DNA from: Candidatus Fimenecus sp. | Lineage (GTDB): Bacteria; Bacillota; Clostridia; Oscillospirales; Acutalibacteraceae | Length of the DNA stretch: 64,000 nucleotides | Direction: 5' to 3' | Assembly: GCA_052298855.1 (NCBI GenBank) | Contig: DAVZXP010000005.1 | Coordinates: 109,253-173,252 of the forward strand | Shown here: piece after piece, positions 34,789 through 45,300 of the stretch | Layout: every line of letters begins with the position of its first letter | Position numbering within the stretch: the first letter of the stretch is position 1 | The notes under the pieces: model-generated | Told to the model about the DNA's origin: nothing | The model's database searches: none | What the model saw: the letters and a program-made list of their open reading frames with translations, nothing else | Made by a program: the position numbers and the translations under genes

Positions 34789-37692
34789 TTAAACCGAAAG
34801 TATTGTGTCGAGGTTGCATTTTTCGAGCTGTTCACGGTTACCGACAACGCACACAGCAGGATTTTTATAGCACTCCTCAAGGCTTTCTGCGACCGCTTTC
34901 AAGTCATTGTGAGAAGTGGAAACAATCTGCTCCATTCTCGTCTTTCTGTCCTTTTCGCTGACGCCTCTGAAATAGAGCCTGTCACCGAGCGCACCCTTTG
35001 CCCTCGGAGTGAGAACGGGAAGCGAATCGGCAACAGTACCGATAATAAAGCCTGTTATGTCGCTGTTTGCATCTGCAACACTTCTAAGATAATCAGGAGT
35101 TTTTTTGAAGCTCTCAAGCGAAGCCGAAACCGATGGGTCACGGTATGAATAACAAGAAACCGTACCTGACGGACGAACGACCATACCCGTACCGTAAGCG
35201 CCGCCCTGCATACGAATTACAGTCCACAAGTAGTTAAGGCTGACGATTTTTCCTGCAACGGACACGCTTCCGGCAGACGTTTTGCCGAGTTTTCTCAAAT
35301 CGCCCGTCATAACCGCAAAAGACACATCTGCCGGAATTGCAATTCCCTCTTTTCTTAATCCCCACGGCTCAATTTTGCCGTCGAGCGCTCCGTCTGATTT
35401 TTCAGGGAGAGTGCTTGCAATTTCGTTTACGATTTTTTCTACGCTTTCGGGTGTACCCGTTATGCTGACGGTCAGCTTTTCACGGCAAATTATCTTACCG
35501 AACAGAGCGTTGATTTTCTTGCAAAATTCCTCTGCCGACCAATTTTCCTGCATATTTTTAAGCCAATTATAGTATTCAAAGCCGTAATTGCACTCGGAAA
35601 TTACACCGCCCTTTGAAAGCTGTGCGGCAGTTCTGCCCATTGCGACCTGTGAGCCGCTGACGAGAATGCTCTGAAGCAGCTCCATTCTGTTTTGACAGAG
35701 CAGTGAAAAAGCGTCCTCGCCGTTTGAAAAATCGGTTGTTGTAAGCACCTCGCCGATAAGCTGTATCGCCTTTTCGACGTTCTTTTCCATTGCCGAGAAA
35801 TTAACGTGAAAATAAGCAGAGCAGTCCGTACTGCCGTCCTTTTCATAGCAGGAAACGGTGCTTGAAACACTGCCGCAAAGGGTTCTTTTAAGCGTCAAAA
35901 GTTCTTCCGGCGAATGTTTTTCGGTTGCAAGTTCGCCCAAAAGTGAAGTTGCAAATGACAAAGCCGATATTTCGTTTTCGGTGCAACCGTTTGCGTCAAA
36001 ATAAAGATTTACATAGACAATTCCGTTGCTGTTTATCTTATGCACAAGCGTAGGGATATTGCCTACCGTGATTTTCTCCGTCGGTATTGCCTCGGGTTGA
36101 GCCTTTATGTCTTGAAGTGTAAGCCTCGGCAAAGTGGCAACAGCATCTTCTGTGTCGGGAGTATCCTGCCAAAGTGCAAGCCTTTCGCACTCTTTTTCTA
36201 CCCTCTCCCAATCCTCGTCATCAAAGCGCTCCGACGTTTTTTTAAGACGTTCCGTTTCCTCTGCTCTTATCTTATCGCCTACGGTTTTTGACGGCACAAG
36301 CATAACCTTACAGCGGTGCGGATTTTCAATGAATTCCTCTTTGATGATCTTCTCAAAATAACCCTCGTCAATCTTTGCACGAAGATTTTTGAAAAGCTCG
36401 CCGACCTCAAGATTTTTCTCGGGCTTTCCGCCGTAAAGCCAGCTGTCTAAAATATCCATTCCGAAAACCAAGCCCTGCGGATAGCTTCCGTAGTCCTTTT
36501 CACGCATTTGGAATTCAAGATATGTCAAAGCCGCTTCGAGCTGATTGCGGTCAATTCCGTTTTCGGCAAGTTCCGAAAGAGTATCGAAAATTCTCTTTTC
36601 AATCTCGTCGGCATCCTCTTTTTTGAGGTTTTGCACCTTGATTGTAAGCTGAGGCTGTAAAACAATTTCGGGCATGTCAACGCTGACCGCTTCGGCAAGT
36701 GAGTCGCCTAAAATACAGGCGTTAAGAGGAGATTTTACGCTTCCGCAAAGCACGTCCGAAAGTGCTCTGACAGCCACGATTTTTTCTGTATCGGAAAAGT
36801 CGCCTACTACCCTGCCCCACGCAAGAATGTATCTGTTATCTGCGTTTTCGTCGGGAGAAATTTCATATTCGGTCACGATTTCTCCTGCATCAACAGCCTT
36901 TTGAAGCTCGGGCAATTCGACTCTTTCGCCTGCCGGAATATTCTCAAGATATTCATCGTTAATAATTTTCAAAACAGCGTCAATATCCATTTTACCGTCA
37001 AGGATTATGAATGCATTTGACGGAGAATAATGCTTTTTATGTGCCGCTATAAAGCTTTCATAGGTAAGCTCGGGTATGCTCTTGGGGTCGCCGCCCGAAA
37101 CATAGCCGTATGCGTTATCGGGGAAAAGCGCCTTGCTCATTACGGTTTCAAGCTTTGCGTCGGGATCTGCAAAAACGCCTTTCATCTCATTGAAAACAAC
37201 GCCCTTATATAAGAGTTCGCCGTTCTCGCCCTTTTCATAGTGCCAGCCCTCTTGACGGAAGCACTCGGGATTTTGATATATCGCAGGATAAAAAACGGCG
37301 TCGAGGTAAACCCTCATAAGGTTTATAAAATCCTTGCCGTTTTTACTGCTTATCGGATAAAAGGTCTTGTCCGAAAAGGTCATTGCGTTCAAAAATGTGT
37401 TCATCGAGCTTTTGAGAAGCTCAACAAACGGGTCCTTAACAGGATAATTCTTTGAACCGCACAAAACCGAGTGTTCGATTATATGGAACACGCCCGTATC
37501 GTCCTCGGGAAATGTCGGGAATGCAATACCGAAGGTCTTGTTTTCCTCGTCCCTGTCAAGCCAAAGGAGCTTGAGCCCTGTCTTTTCGTGCACCATCTCG
37601 TACATATCGGCTTTAAGCTCGCCGAGGTGCTCTTTTCTTAACTGTTTGAAACCGTGAGCCATTTTATTTTCATATCTCCTATCAATTATCAA
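34789..37692 (-). CDS. M16C insulinase-family zinc metallopeptidase (PreP-like)
   Basis: 967 aa with the inverted zinc motif HIIEH (HxxEH) near the N-terminus. Confidence 0.85.
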   Translation of the reverse strand: MIIDRRYENKMAHGFKQLRKEHLGELKADMYEMVHEKTGLKLLWLDRDEENKTFGIAFPTFPEDDTGVFHIIEHSVLCGSKNYPVKDPFVELLKSSMNTFLNAMTFSDKTFYPISSKNGKDFINLMRVYLDAVFYPAIYQNPECFRQEGWHYEKGENGELLYKGVVFNEMKGVFADPDAKLETVMSKALFPDNAYGYVSGGDPKSIPELTYESFIAAHKKHYSPSNAFIILDGKMDIDAVLKIINDEYLENIPAGERVELPELQKAVDAGEIVTEYEISPDENADNRYILAWGRVVGDFSDTEKIVAVRALSDVLCGSVKSPLNACILGDSLAEAVSVDMPEIVLQPQLTIKVQNLKKEDADEIEKRIFDTLSELAENGIDRNQLEAALTYLEFQMREKDYGSYPQGLVFGMDILDSWLYGGKPEKNLEVGELFKNLRAKIDEGYFEKIIKEEFIENPHRCKVMLVPSKTVGDKIRAEETERLKKTSERFDDEDWERVEKECERLALWQDTPDTEDAVATLPRLTLQDIKAQPEAIPTEKITVGNIPTLVHKINSNGIVYVNLYFDANGCTENEISALSFATSLLGELATEKHSPEELLTLKRTLCGSVSSTVSCYEKDGSTDCSAYFHVNFSAMEKNVEKAIQLIGEVLTTTDFSNGEDAFSLLCQNRMELLQSILVSGSQVAMGRTAAQLSKGGVISECNYGFEYYNWLKNMQENWSAEEFCKKINALFGKIICREKLTVSITGTPESVEKIVNEIASTLPEKSDGALDGKIEPWGLRKEGIAIPADVSFAVMTGDLRKLGKTSAGSVSVAGKIVSLNYLWTVIRMQGGAYGTGMVVRPSGTVSCYSYRDPSVSASLESFKKTPDYLRSVADANSDITGFIIGTVADSLPVLTPRAKGALGDRLYFRGVSEKDRKTRMEQIVSTSHNDLKAVAESLEECYKNPAVCVVGNREQLEKCNLDTILSV

Positions 37693-37892
37693 TCTTTCTC
37701 TTTATAGTAGAGCTTGCAATGGCAATACCCCTCAAAATCGGGGTCTGCTATCTGATTGCGAAACTCCTCGCAGATACATTTATACTTTTCATCCTTGCCT
37801 ATTCTGCAAGGGCAATAGCCGCCCTTTTTCTTCAAGCCCTCTTTTATCGTTTTGACGATTTCCTCGTCTGAATTAAGTCTGACCTTTGCCAT
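37689..37892 (-). CDS. ferredoxin-thioredoxin reductase catalytic-subunit-like small Cys-rich protein
   Basis: 67 aa with CPC...CIC...CHC spacing. Its stop overlaps the peptidase start by 4 nt. Confidence 0.65.
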   Translation of the reverse strand: MAKVRLNSDEEIVKTIKEGLKKKGGYCPCRIGKDEKYKCICEEFRNQIADPDFEGYCHCKLYYKEKD

Positions 37893-37907
37893 AATATCGC
37901 CCCTTTA

Positions 37908-40115
37908 TTACTTTTTCTTTTTAACCTTATTGAGAATTGCGTTCATTCTAAGGATTTCCTCTTTAGTGAACTTTCCGCCCATCATCGAAACTGCTCTTTT
38001 CACGGTAAAGCCGTAAGCGAGCTTTAGCATACCCGTATTGAAGCTGAAGCCTGCAAAGCTTGCGCCTTTCTTCTTCTTTTTATCGCCCTTTTCTTTCGGC
38101 TTATCATCCTTTAATGCGCCGAGCATTATTTTGCCTATTCGAAGCATTGCGATTTTACCGCCGAGCGTTGACATAATATCGCCGATAGTATCGTTTACCG
38201 AGTAGTAGCCTGTCGGGGTTTCAATCTCAAACCAGTTTATGACCGCCCCCTCTTCTTTCATTCGGTAAGCCTCGTTGAATTTATCAACCTTTCTGATATG
38301 GCTTTCGTCGGTTAGTTCTCCCGCCTTTGCTAATATAACCGACTCGCCGACGTTCGCAATTTCAAACTTGAAGAACGGATATTTGCCCTTTTTCCGGACT
38401 CCGACGCTCTCTCCGTTTACAAAAAGCTCAACCTCATCAAGATTTGAGTAAACGGTAACGCTCGTCCTATCCTCTACCCTGTCAACATAACGCTTTGAGC
38501 AAATATGAAGCACAGGCTCACTCGAAAGCCATGCCTTGTATGCGTAAAAGCTGTCTTTTTTATATTTTCTGTCAAAGGTAACAAGTCCCTTGTGGTTCAT
38601 ACCGTTTTCGCCGCCCTCGGCTCTTGCGTCTGCGGCAAAATCAAACATATTCCAAACATGAGTTGCCCAAAGATACGGTCTGTCGATTATCTGCTTTATA
38701 ACCTCTTCATGATAATAAGCCTGATATTCCTCGGTATAATCGCCCTGCTCGGGAGTGCTTGTGTGCCAATTCAGCGCCTCACAGCCGTACTCGCTGATAC
38801 CGATAGGCTTATTCGGATATTTCTTATGGAATTTGTCAAACCACGGGCCGTACATATCGACCTTTCCGCCGTACCATCCGAAATAATGGTTATATGAAAC
38901 AATGTCGCTTATATGGACGTATTCGTCGTCAATCGGGCACATCGTAACAACCGCCACGGTAGTAGGTCTTGTGCTGTCAAGCGAATGTGCAAGCGAATTT
39001 AACATACGGTGATTGTCAACAACGGACTTTCCGCTACCTGCCATAGTAATTTCATTTGAAAGTCCCCAGACGACTATCGACGGGTGATTATAGTTTTGAT
39101 AAATAAGCTCGGTCATTTGAGTTTTGGTATTTTCGACGCCGTTTTCAAGGTGCTTTGAAATATACGGAATTTCCGCCCATACGACCATTCCTCGTTCATC
39201 ACAGAGGTCATAAAACTCCTGTGCGTGCTGATAATGAGCAAGTCTTATTGTGTTAGCACCCATTTCGCAGATTAAATCCATATCCTCTTTATGGTGCTCA
39301 TACGAAAGAGCGTTACCGATTTCGGGTCTGTCCTGATGCCTTGAAACACCTCTCAACGGATAAACCTCGCCATTGAGGATAAAGCCTTTTTCCGCATCGA
39401 TTTTGAATGAACGGATACCGAATTTTGTCGAAACCTCGTCCTCGACAACGCCGTCAACCACAAGCTGTGCGGTTGCGGTATACAAGAACGGGTCTTTAGT
39501 TCCGTTCCACAAATGAGGGTTCTCAATTTCAAAGGTAACGTCGTTTCCGACAAGCTCTTTTCCGTCAACAAAAACGTGAATTTCGCCCAATCCTTGTGTA
39601 AAGGTCTTTACATTTACACTTGCGATATTTCCTTTAATATCAGGGGTTACGGCGATTGCGTTTGAGCCGAAGCGGTCAAGACTGAAATGATTGTGAGAAA
39701 CGCCTATCAAGGTTACGCTTCTGTAAATTCCGCCGTAAAAAGTGAAGTCTGCCTGCTGCGGATAGACAAAATCATTGGGGGAATTATCGACCTCAACCTT
39801 GATTTTATTCTCATCTTTGATGTTTTCGAGCCTAACCCTGAACGCAGAATATCCGCCGTGATGCGTCGTGAGCTTTTCGCCGTTAAAATAGACTGTCGCA
39901 GAGGAATTTACGCCGTCAAACTGAAGATAAAATTCCTCGCCCGACGGAAAATCCTCCCTTTTCAAAGTCTTTTCATAGGTGCAGATGCCACGGAAATAAT
40001 CATTTCCGCCGTCCTGTCCGTCCTTGCCGTTCCAGGTGTGCGGCAAATCGAGCGTTACGCACTCGCCCTGCTTTATAAAGTCCCATTGGGAGTTGATATT
40101 TTTCGTCTCTCTCAT
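37908..40115 (-). CDS. glycoside hydrolase family 2 (beta-galactosidase/beta-glucuronidase-like)
   Basis: NHPSIVVWGLSNE (acid/base Glu) and IGISEYG (nucleophile Glu). The start is set at the ATG after GAGGTG; the ORF extends to 40130. Confidence 0.85.
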   Translation of the reverse strand: MRETKNINSQWDFIKQGECVTLDLPHTWNGKDGQDGGNDYFRGICTYEKTLKREDFPSGEEFYLQFDGVNSSATVYFNGEKLTTHHGGYSAFRVRLENIKDENKIKVEVDNSPNDFVYPQQADFTFYGGIYRSVTLIGVSHNHFSLDRFGSNAIAVTPDIKGNIASVNVKTFTQGLGEIHVFVDGKELVGNDVTFEIENPHLWNGTKDPFLYTATAQLVVDGVVEDEVSTKFGIRSFKIDAEKGFILNGEVYPLRGVSRHQDRPEIGNALSYEHHKEDMDLICEMGANTIRLAHYQHAQEFYDLCDERGMVVWAEIPYISKHLENGVENTKTQMTELIYQNYNHPSIVVWGLSNEITMAGSGKSVVDNHRMLNSLAHSLDSTRPTTVAVVTMCPIDDEYVHISDIVSYNHYFGWYGGKVDMYGPWFDKFHKKYPNKPIGISEYGCEALNWHTSTPEQGDYTEEYQAYYHEEVIKQIIDRPYLWATHVWNMFDFAADARAEGGENGMNHKGLVTFDRKYKKDSFYAYKAWLSSEPVLHICSKRYVDRVEDRTSVTVYSNLDEVELFVNGESVGVRKKGKYPFFKFEIANVGESVILAKAGELTDESHIRKVDKFNEAYRMKEEGAVINWFEIETPTGYYSVNDTIGDIMSTLGGKIAMLRIGKIMLGALKDDKPKEKGDKKKKKGASFAGFSFNTGMLKLAYGFTVKRAVSMMGGKFTKEEILRMNAILNKVKKKK

Positions 40116-40279
40116 AATACGGCACCTCATTAAAAATTATAATTTAAGTATAGCACAATTTCCGTTTATGCTCAACTTATATAACTATATTTTTACTCCT
40201 TATTAACATTTAATTCTCTTATTGACTCAAATGCGTAAAAACATTATAATATTTACGACTTCAAGAAAGGAGAATCGTT

Positions 40280-41434
40280 ATGAATACAAACATTTCAAAC
40301 GACATTAAATATATCGGAGTAAACGACCGTGACATTACGCTTTTTGAGGGCCAATACCCCATTAAAAACGGTATGGCTTATAACTCTTATGTGATTTTTG
40401 ACGAAAAAATTGCAGTAACAGATTCCGTTGATAAAATAGCAGTTTCAAGATGGCTTGAAAAGCTTGAAAGTGAACTTTGCGGCAGAAAGGTTGATTATCT
40501 CATAGTTCAGCACCTTGAGCCTGACCATTCGGCAGGCATTGACGCACTTTCGGAGAAATTCCCCGAAATGAAGGTTGTCTGCTCGGCAGGCGCATTGAAA
40601 ATGCTCCCGAATTTCTGTGATGTGAGCCTTGACAGAGTTATGACTGTTAAGGAAAAAGACACTCTCTGCTTGGGTAAGCACACACTTACATTTGTTATGG
40701 CGCCGATGGTGCATTGGCCCGAGGTTATGGTAACGTATGACAGCACGGACAAGGTGCTTTTCTCTGCCGACGGCTTCGGAAAATTCGGCACGGTTGACGC
40801 CGACGAGAATTGGACGGACGAGGCGAGAAGATACTATATAAATATCGTGGGTAAATACGGAAAGCAGGTTCAGGCGCTTCTCAAAAAGGCTTCGGCACTT
40901 GAAATTAACACAATTTGCCCCTTGCACGGTCCTGTTTTGACAGACACAATCGGCGAAGTGTTAAGGCTTTATGACCTTTGGTCGTCATACTCTCCCGAAA
41001 AGAAAGGTGTGCTTATTGCCTGTGCTTCAATTCACGGAAACACCCTCAAGGCGGCTGATGAATTAAAGACAATGCTTGAAGCAAAGGGCGAAAGCGTTGT
41101 CCTCTTTGACCTTACAAAGGGCGATATTTCCGAGTGTGTTTCGCTTTGCTTCTGCTATGACAGAATTGTGTTTATGGCTTCAAGCTATGATGCGGGCGTG
41201 TTTACACCTATGAGCGACTTGCTTCACCATCTTCAGTCAAAGTCGTTCCAAAACAGAACGGTTGCTCTTTGTGAAAATGCAAGCTGGGCACCGTCGGGAA
41301 TAAGAACAATGAAATCAGAGCTTGAAAAGTGCGCTAACATCACAATTCTTGACAAAACGGTTTCAATAAAGACAAGGCTTTCCGACGCATCCCGTTCGGA
41401 ACTTCAGGAGCTTGCAGATGAAATTTCAAAATAA
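40280..41434 (+). CDS. FprA-family A-type flavoprotein (flavodiiron protein)
   Basis: Metallo-beta-lactamase-like diiron motif HLEPDHSAG plus a C-terminal flavodoxin-like domain. Confidence 0.85.
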   Translation: MNTNISNDIKYIGVNDRDITLFEGQYPIKNGMAYNSYVIFDEKIAVTDSVDKIAVSRWLEKLESELCGRKVDYLIVQHLEPDHSAGIDALSEKFPEMKVVCSAGALKMLPNFCDVSLDRVMTVKEKDTLCLGKHTLTFVMAPMVHWPEVMVTYDSTDKVLFSADGFGKFGTVDADENWTDEARRYYINIVGKYGKQVQALLKKASALEINTICPLHGPVLTDTIGEVLRLYDLWSSYSPEKKGVLIACASIHGNTLKAADELKTMLEAKGESVVLFDLTKGDISECVSLCFCYDRIVFMASSYDAGVFTPMSDLLHHLQSKSFQNRTVALCENASWAPSGIRTMKSELEKCANITILDKTVSIKTRLSDASRSELQELADEISK

Positions 41435-41452
41435 GCATAAATAATCGATTTT

Positions 41453-41486
41453 AAGCGTGTACGGTGCTTCGTGCACGCTTTTTTTA
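41453..41486 (+). terminator. rho-independent terminator after fprA
   Basis: Hairpin aagcgtgtacg/cgtgcacgctt followed by T7. Confidence 0.8.
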
Positions 41487-41540
41487 TGCAAATTATATTA
41501 TAATGCACAATAAATATTGTGTATTTTTACCTTTTTGCTA

Positions 41541-41588
41541 TTGACGAGTTAGCCGCCGCTAACTATAATATAGTTAGCAGTTGCTAAC
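41541..41588 (+). promoter_or_regulatory. consensus-like promoter overlapped by twin 16-bp palindromes
   Basis: TTGACG (41541-41546), a 17-nt spacer, then TATAAT (41564-41569). GTTAGCcgccGCTAAC (41548-41563) fills the spacer, and GTTAGCagttGCTAAC (41573-41588) follows the -10. Confidence 0.75.
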
Positions 41589-41625
41589 TAATGTTTATAT
41601 GTTAAAAATAAAGGAGAAGAAAATT

Positions 41626-42327
41626 ATGAGCTTTGTTGAAATCAAGGGTATAAAAAAGCATTTCGGGCAGGGCGACAGTCTTGTCAATGTTTTGAACGGC
41701 GTTGACATAAGCATTGAAAAGGGCGAAATTTGCGTGCTTTTAGGACCGTCGGGCTCGGGAAAATCTACATTGCTTAATATTATAGGCGGAATTGAAAATG
41801 CAGACGAGGGCTATATCGCAATCGACGGCGAAAAGACTAAGGATATGAACGAAAAGCAGCTTACTCTTTACAGGCGAAAGCATCTCGGCTATGTTTTTCA
41901 AATGTACAACCTTATTCCCAACCTTACGGTAAGGGAAAATATTGAGGTCGGCAAATACCTCGGCAGCGACACGCTTGATGTTGATGAGCTGATGAAAACG
42001 CTCGGCATTTATGAACAGAGGAAGAAAGCTCCGTCACAGCTTTCGGGCGGTCAGCAGCAGAGGACGTCTATCGGAAGAGCTATTGTTAAGAACCCCGATA
42101 TTCTCCTGTGCGACGAGCCTACGGGTGCGCTTGACTACAACACCTCAAAGGAAATCCTCAAGCTTATCGAGGACATAAACAAAAAATACGGCAACACGAT
42201 TATTATGGTAACGCACAACGACGCTATAAAGAATATGGCGGACAGAGTTTTCACGCTAAAGGACGGCGTTGTCAGAAAGAACTATGTAAACGAAAACAAG
42301 ATACCTGCGGCAGAGCTTGAATGGTAA
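41626..42327 (+). CDS. ABC transporter ATP-binding protein (MacB/LolD-like)
   Basis: Walker A GPSGSGKST, signature LSGGQQQR and Walker B ILLCDEP. AAGGAG RBS before ATG 41626. Confidence 0.92.
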   Translation: MSFVEIKGIKKHFGQGDSLVNVLNGVDISIEKGEICVLLGPSGSGKSTLLNIIGGIENADEGYIAIDGEKTKDMNEKQLTLYRRKHLGYVFQMYNLIPNLTVRENIEVGKYLGSDTLDVDELMKTLGIYEQRKKAPSQLSGGQQQRTSIGRAIVKNPDILLCDEPTGALDYNTSKEILKLIEDINKKYGNTIIMVTHNDAIKNMADRVFTLKDGVVRKNYVNENKIPAAELEW

Positions 42328-42349
42328 GAGATGCTAAAGAGGTGAAAAA

Positions 42350-45300
42350 ATGAAAAACCCACTTAATAAAAGATACTCGAGAGAGCTTAAACAGGACTTC
42401 GGAAAATATGCCGCAATTTTCCTTTTTCTCGTGTTCTTTATCGGCGCAATGTCTGGATTCTTTGTCTCGGATATAAGCGTTGCGGCAACATATTATGAAG
42501 GTCTTGAAAAGTACAATATAGAGGACGGACATATGGCGTTCAATCTTGTACCCGACGACGAACTGCTCAATAAAATCGAAGCAGACAACAATATCACTCT
42601 TTATAAAATGTACTATAAGGACGAAACGGTCGCTCAGAACGACACCACACTTCGTATTTATGTTGACAGAGACACCGTTAATACCGAATGTGTTATGGAC
42701 GGCAGAATGCCGACAGCCGCAAACGAAATGGCTGTCGACAGAATGTATGCTGTAAATAACAAGATTTCAATCGGCGACACCGTAACGGTTAACGGACAGG
42801 ATTATACCGTAACGGGATACACCGCCGTCCCGGATTACAGCTGCCTTTTTGAGAGCAATGCGGATATGATGTTCGACGCAGTAAATTTCGGCGTAGGCTT
42901 TGTGACAAACGAGGGCTACGAAAAAATCAGAGCCACTCACGAGTCGATAAACTATGCGTGGAAATATCTTACACCCACAACGGATGATGTTGACGCAAAA
43001 AACCGTTCGGACGATATTACCGACAGCCTTGAAAGCATATTAAAGCAGTACGACCAAAGCCTTATTCAATCGCAGGTTGACTCGCTTTACGCTCAGGCAA
43101 GGGATATTTCCGCTTCTCTCGGCACGGACTTTGAAAAGGCTTCAAAAGCAATAACAAACACAGTTACCGCCGCTGCCGAAAAGGCTGCGAAAAATGCGGT
43201 TTCCTCTCTTTCCTCTGACGAGATGCTTGATGTTATCTCGTCGGCTTCGGGCAAGAGCAAGGATGAAATTACGGCAACGGCATTCAACTCCTTAGGTCTT
43301 ACCGACGAACAGAAATTTATGCTTGCGGCATATTCGGGCTCACTTTCAAATGAGGAGAAGCTCGGTGCGGCTCTCAAGCTTTCAGGCAAAACGGAAAGCG
43401 ACCTTATGCCGATAATTGCGTCGGCAAGCGGTATGAGCGAGGACGAATTAAGTACGGCTTTAATAAAGTACGTTGCTCAAAAGCAGGGTACGACGGTTGA
43501 CGGACTTATCGCAAGACAGCTCGGCACGACTGAGGAAAAGTACAGAGCAATGCTTGACGCCTTTGAAGAGGCAAAGACCTTAACGGACGACCTCGACAAG
43601 AGCTCGGCGGAGGCTCCTAAAATCAACCTTGACGAGCTTGAAAACGAAAAAGACTACGAAAACGATATGGAGTTTTCGCTTGATAAAATATATTCGATAG
43701 TCGATAAAATAAGTGCTGTGGGCATTTATGATATGAGCAGTATCAGAGCAAGACTTGACAGCCTTGACGCACTTACAAGGACAGAAATCGACGACAGCGG
43801 AATAATTACCGTCAAGGACTATAATCCGAAATTTTCAAACAAGGCAATCAACTTTACCATTGAGGATACCGTCGGCGACAAGGCTAACGCATCACTTATG
43901 CTTTACATGATAATTGCGGTTATTGCGTTTATGTTTGCCGTTACCTCCTCGAACACAATTTCAAGGGAAGCAAGCGTTATCGGTACGCTCAGAGCCTCGG
44001 GCTACACTAAGGGAGAGCTTGTAAGGCACTATATGACGTTGCCTGTTGTCGTAACGCTTCTCGGTGCCGTTGTCGGCAATATTTTGGGCTACACAGTATT
44101 TGAAAAGCTGTTTATAGGCGTTTACTATTCGAGCTATTCGCTCCCGACATACGAAACACTTCCGAGCGCACAGGCGTTTTTAGACACTACGGTTATACCG
44201 CTTATTCTTGTAATTGTAATAAACCTTGCGGTAATCGGAAGAAAAATGCAGCTGAGTCCGCTCTCTTTCCTCAGAGGCGAATTAAGCAAGGGCAAGAAAA
44301 AGCAGGCGGTAAGCCTTTCCAAAAAGCTTCCGTTTATCTCACGCTTCAGACTTCGCATACTCTTTCAAAATATCCCGTCATATCTTACAATGTTTATCGG
44401 AATTTTCCTCGGCGGTGCGCTTGCGGTGTTCGGACTTATGTTCGGACCGCTGCTTTCCGACTACGGAGAGCTTGTAAAGCAAACGCAGATTTCACAGTAT
44501 CAGTATGTGCTTGCAGATACAGCCGAAACGCAGAACGGGCAGGCTGAAAAATACTGTGTGACGTCGCTTGATACGGTTGATGAAGGGTTTATGACAGATG
44601 AGGTTATGATTTACGGAATTGAGAGCAACAGCAATTACGTAAAAGCCGAAATCCCGTCGGGACAGGTGCTCATTTCAAACGGCTATGCCGCAAAATACAA
44701 GCTGTCCGAGGGCGACGAAATAACGCTCAAGGATAAGTATTCAAGCAAGACCTACACCTTTACCGTCGGCGGAATTTACAACTATGACGCCGCAATTTCA
44801 ATATTTATGCCGAGAGAGGAATATCTCAGCACGTTCGGCGAGGACAGCGATTATTTCACGGGCTATTTCAGCAACGAAGAACTGACCGACATTGACTCGG
44901 ACGATATTGCAACGGTTATAACCGAAAAGGATCTTACCAAAATCGTTACACAGATGCAGGTGTCAATGGGCGAGTTTATGAACGTGTTTAAGGCACTCGG
45001 CGTTATAATATTTATGCTTGTTATCTACATTCTGACAAAGCAGATAATTGAGCGTAATGCAAAGTCAATTTCAATGACTAAGGTCTTAGGCTTCACGAAC
45101 GGCGAGATTGCGAAGCTGTATATTGTAATAACCTCGCTTGTGGTAATCGCCTCATTGCTCATTTCAATACCGCTTATCCACCTTGCTCTAAAGGCAATTT
45201 TCGAGGACTATCTTTATACGCAAATGACAGGATATATTCCGTACATAGTTTCAAACTCCTGCTATATCAAGATGTTTATTATGGGAATTGTCAGCTATGC

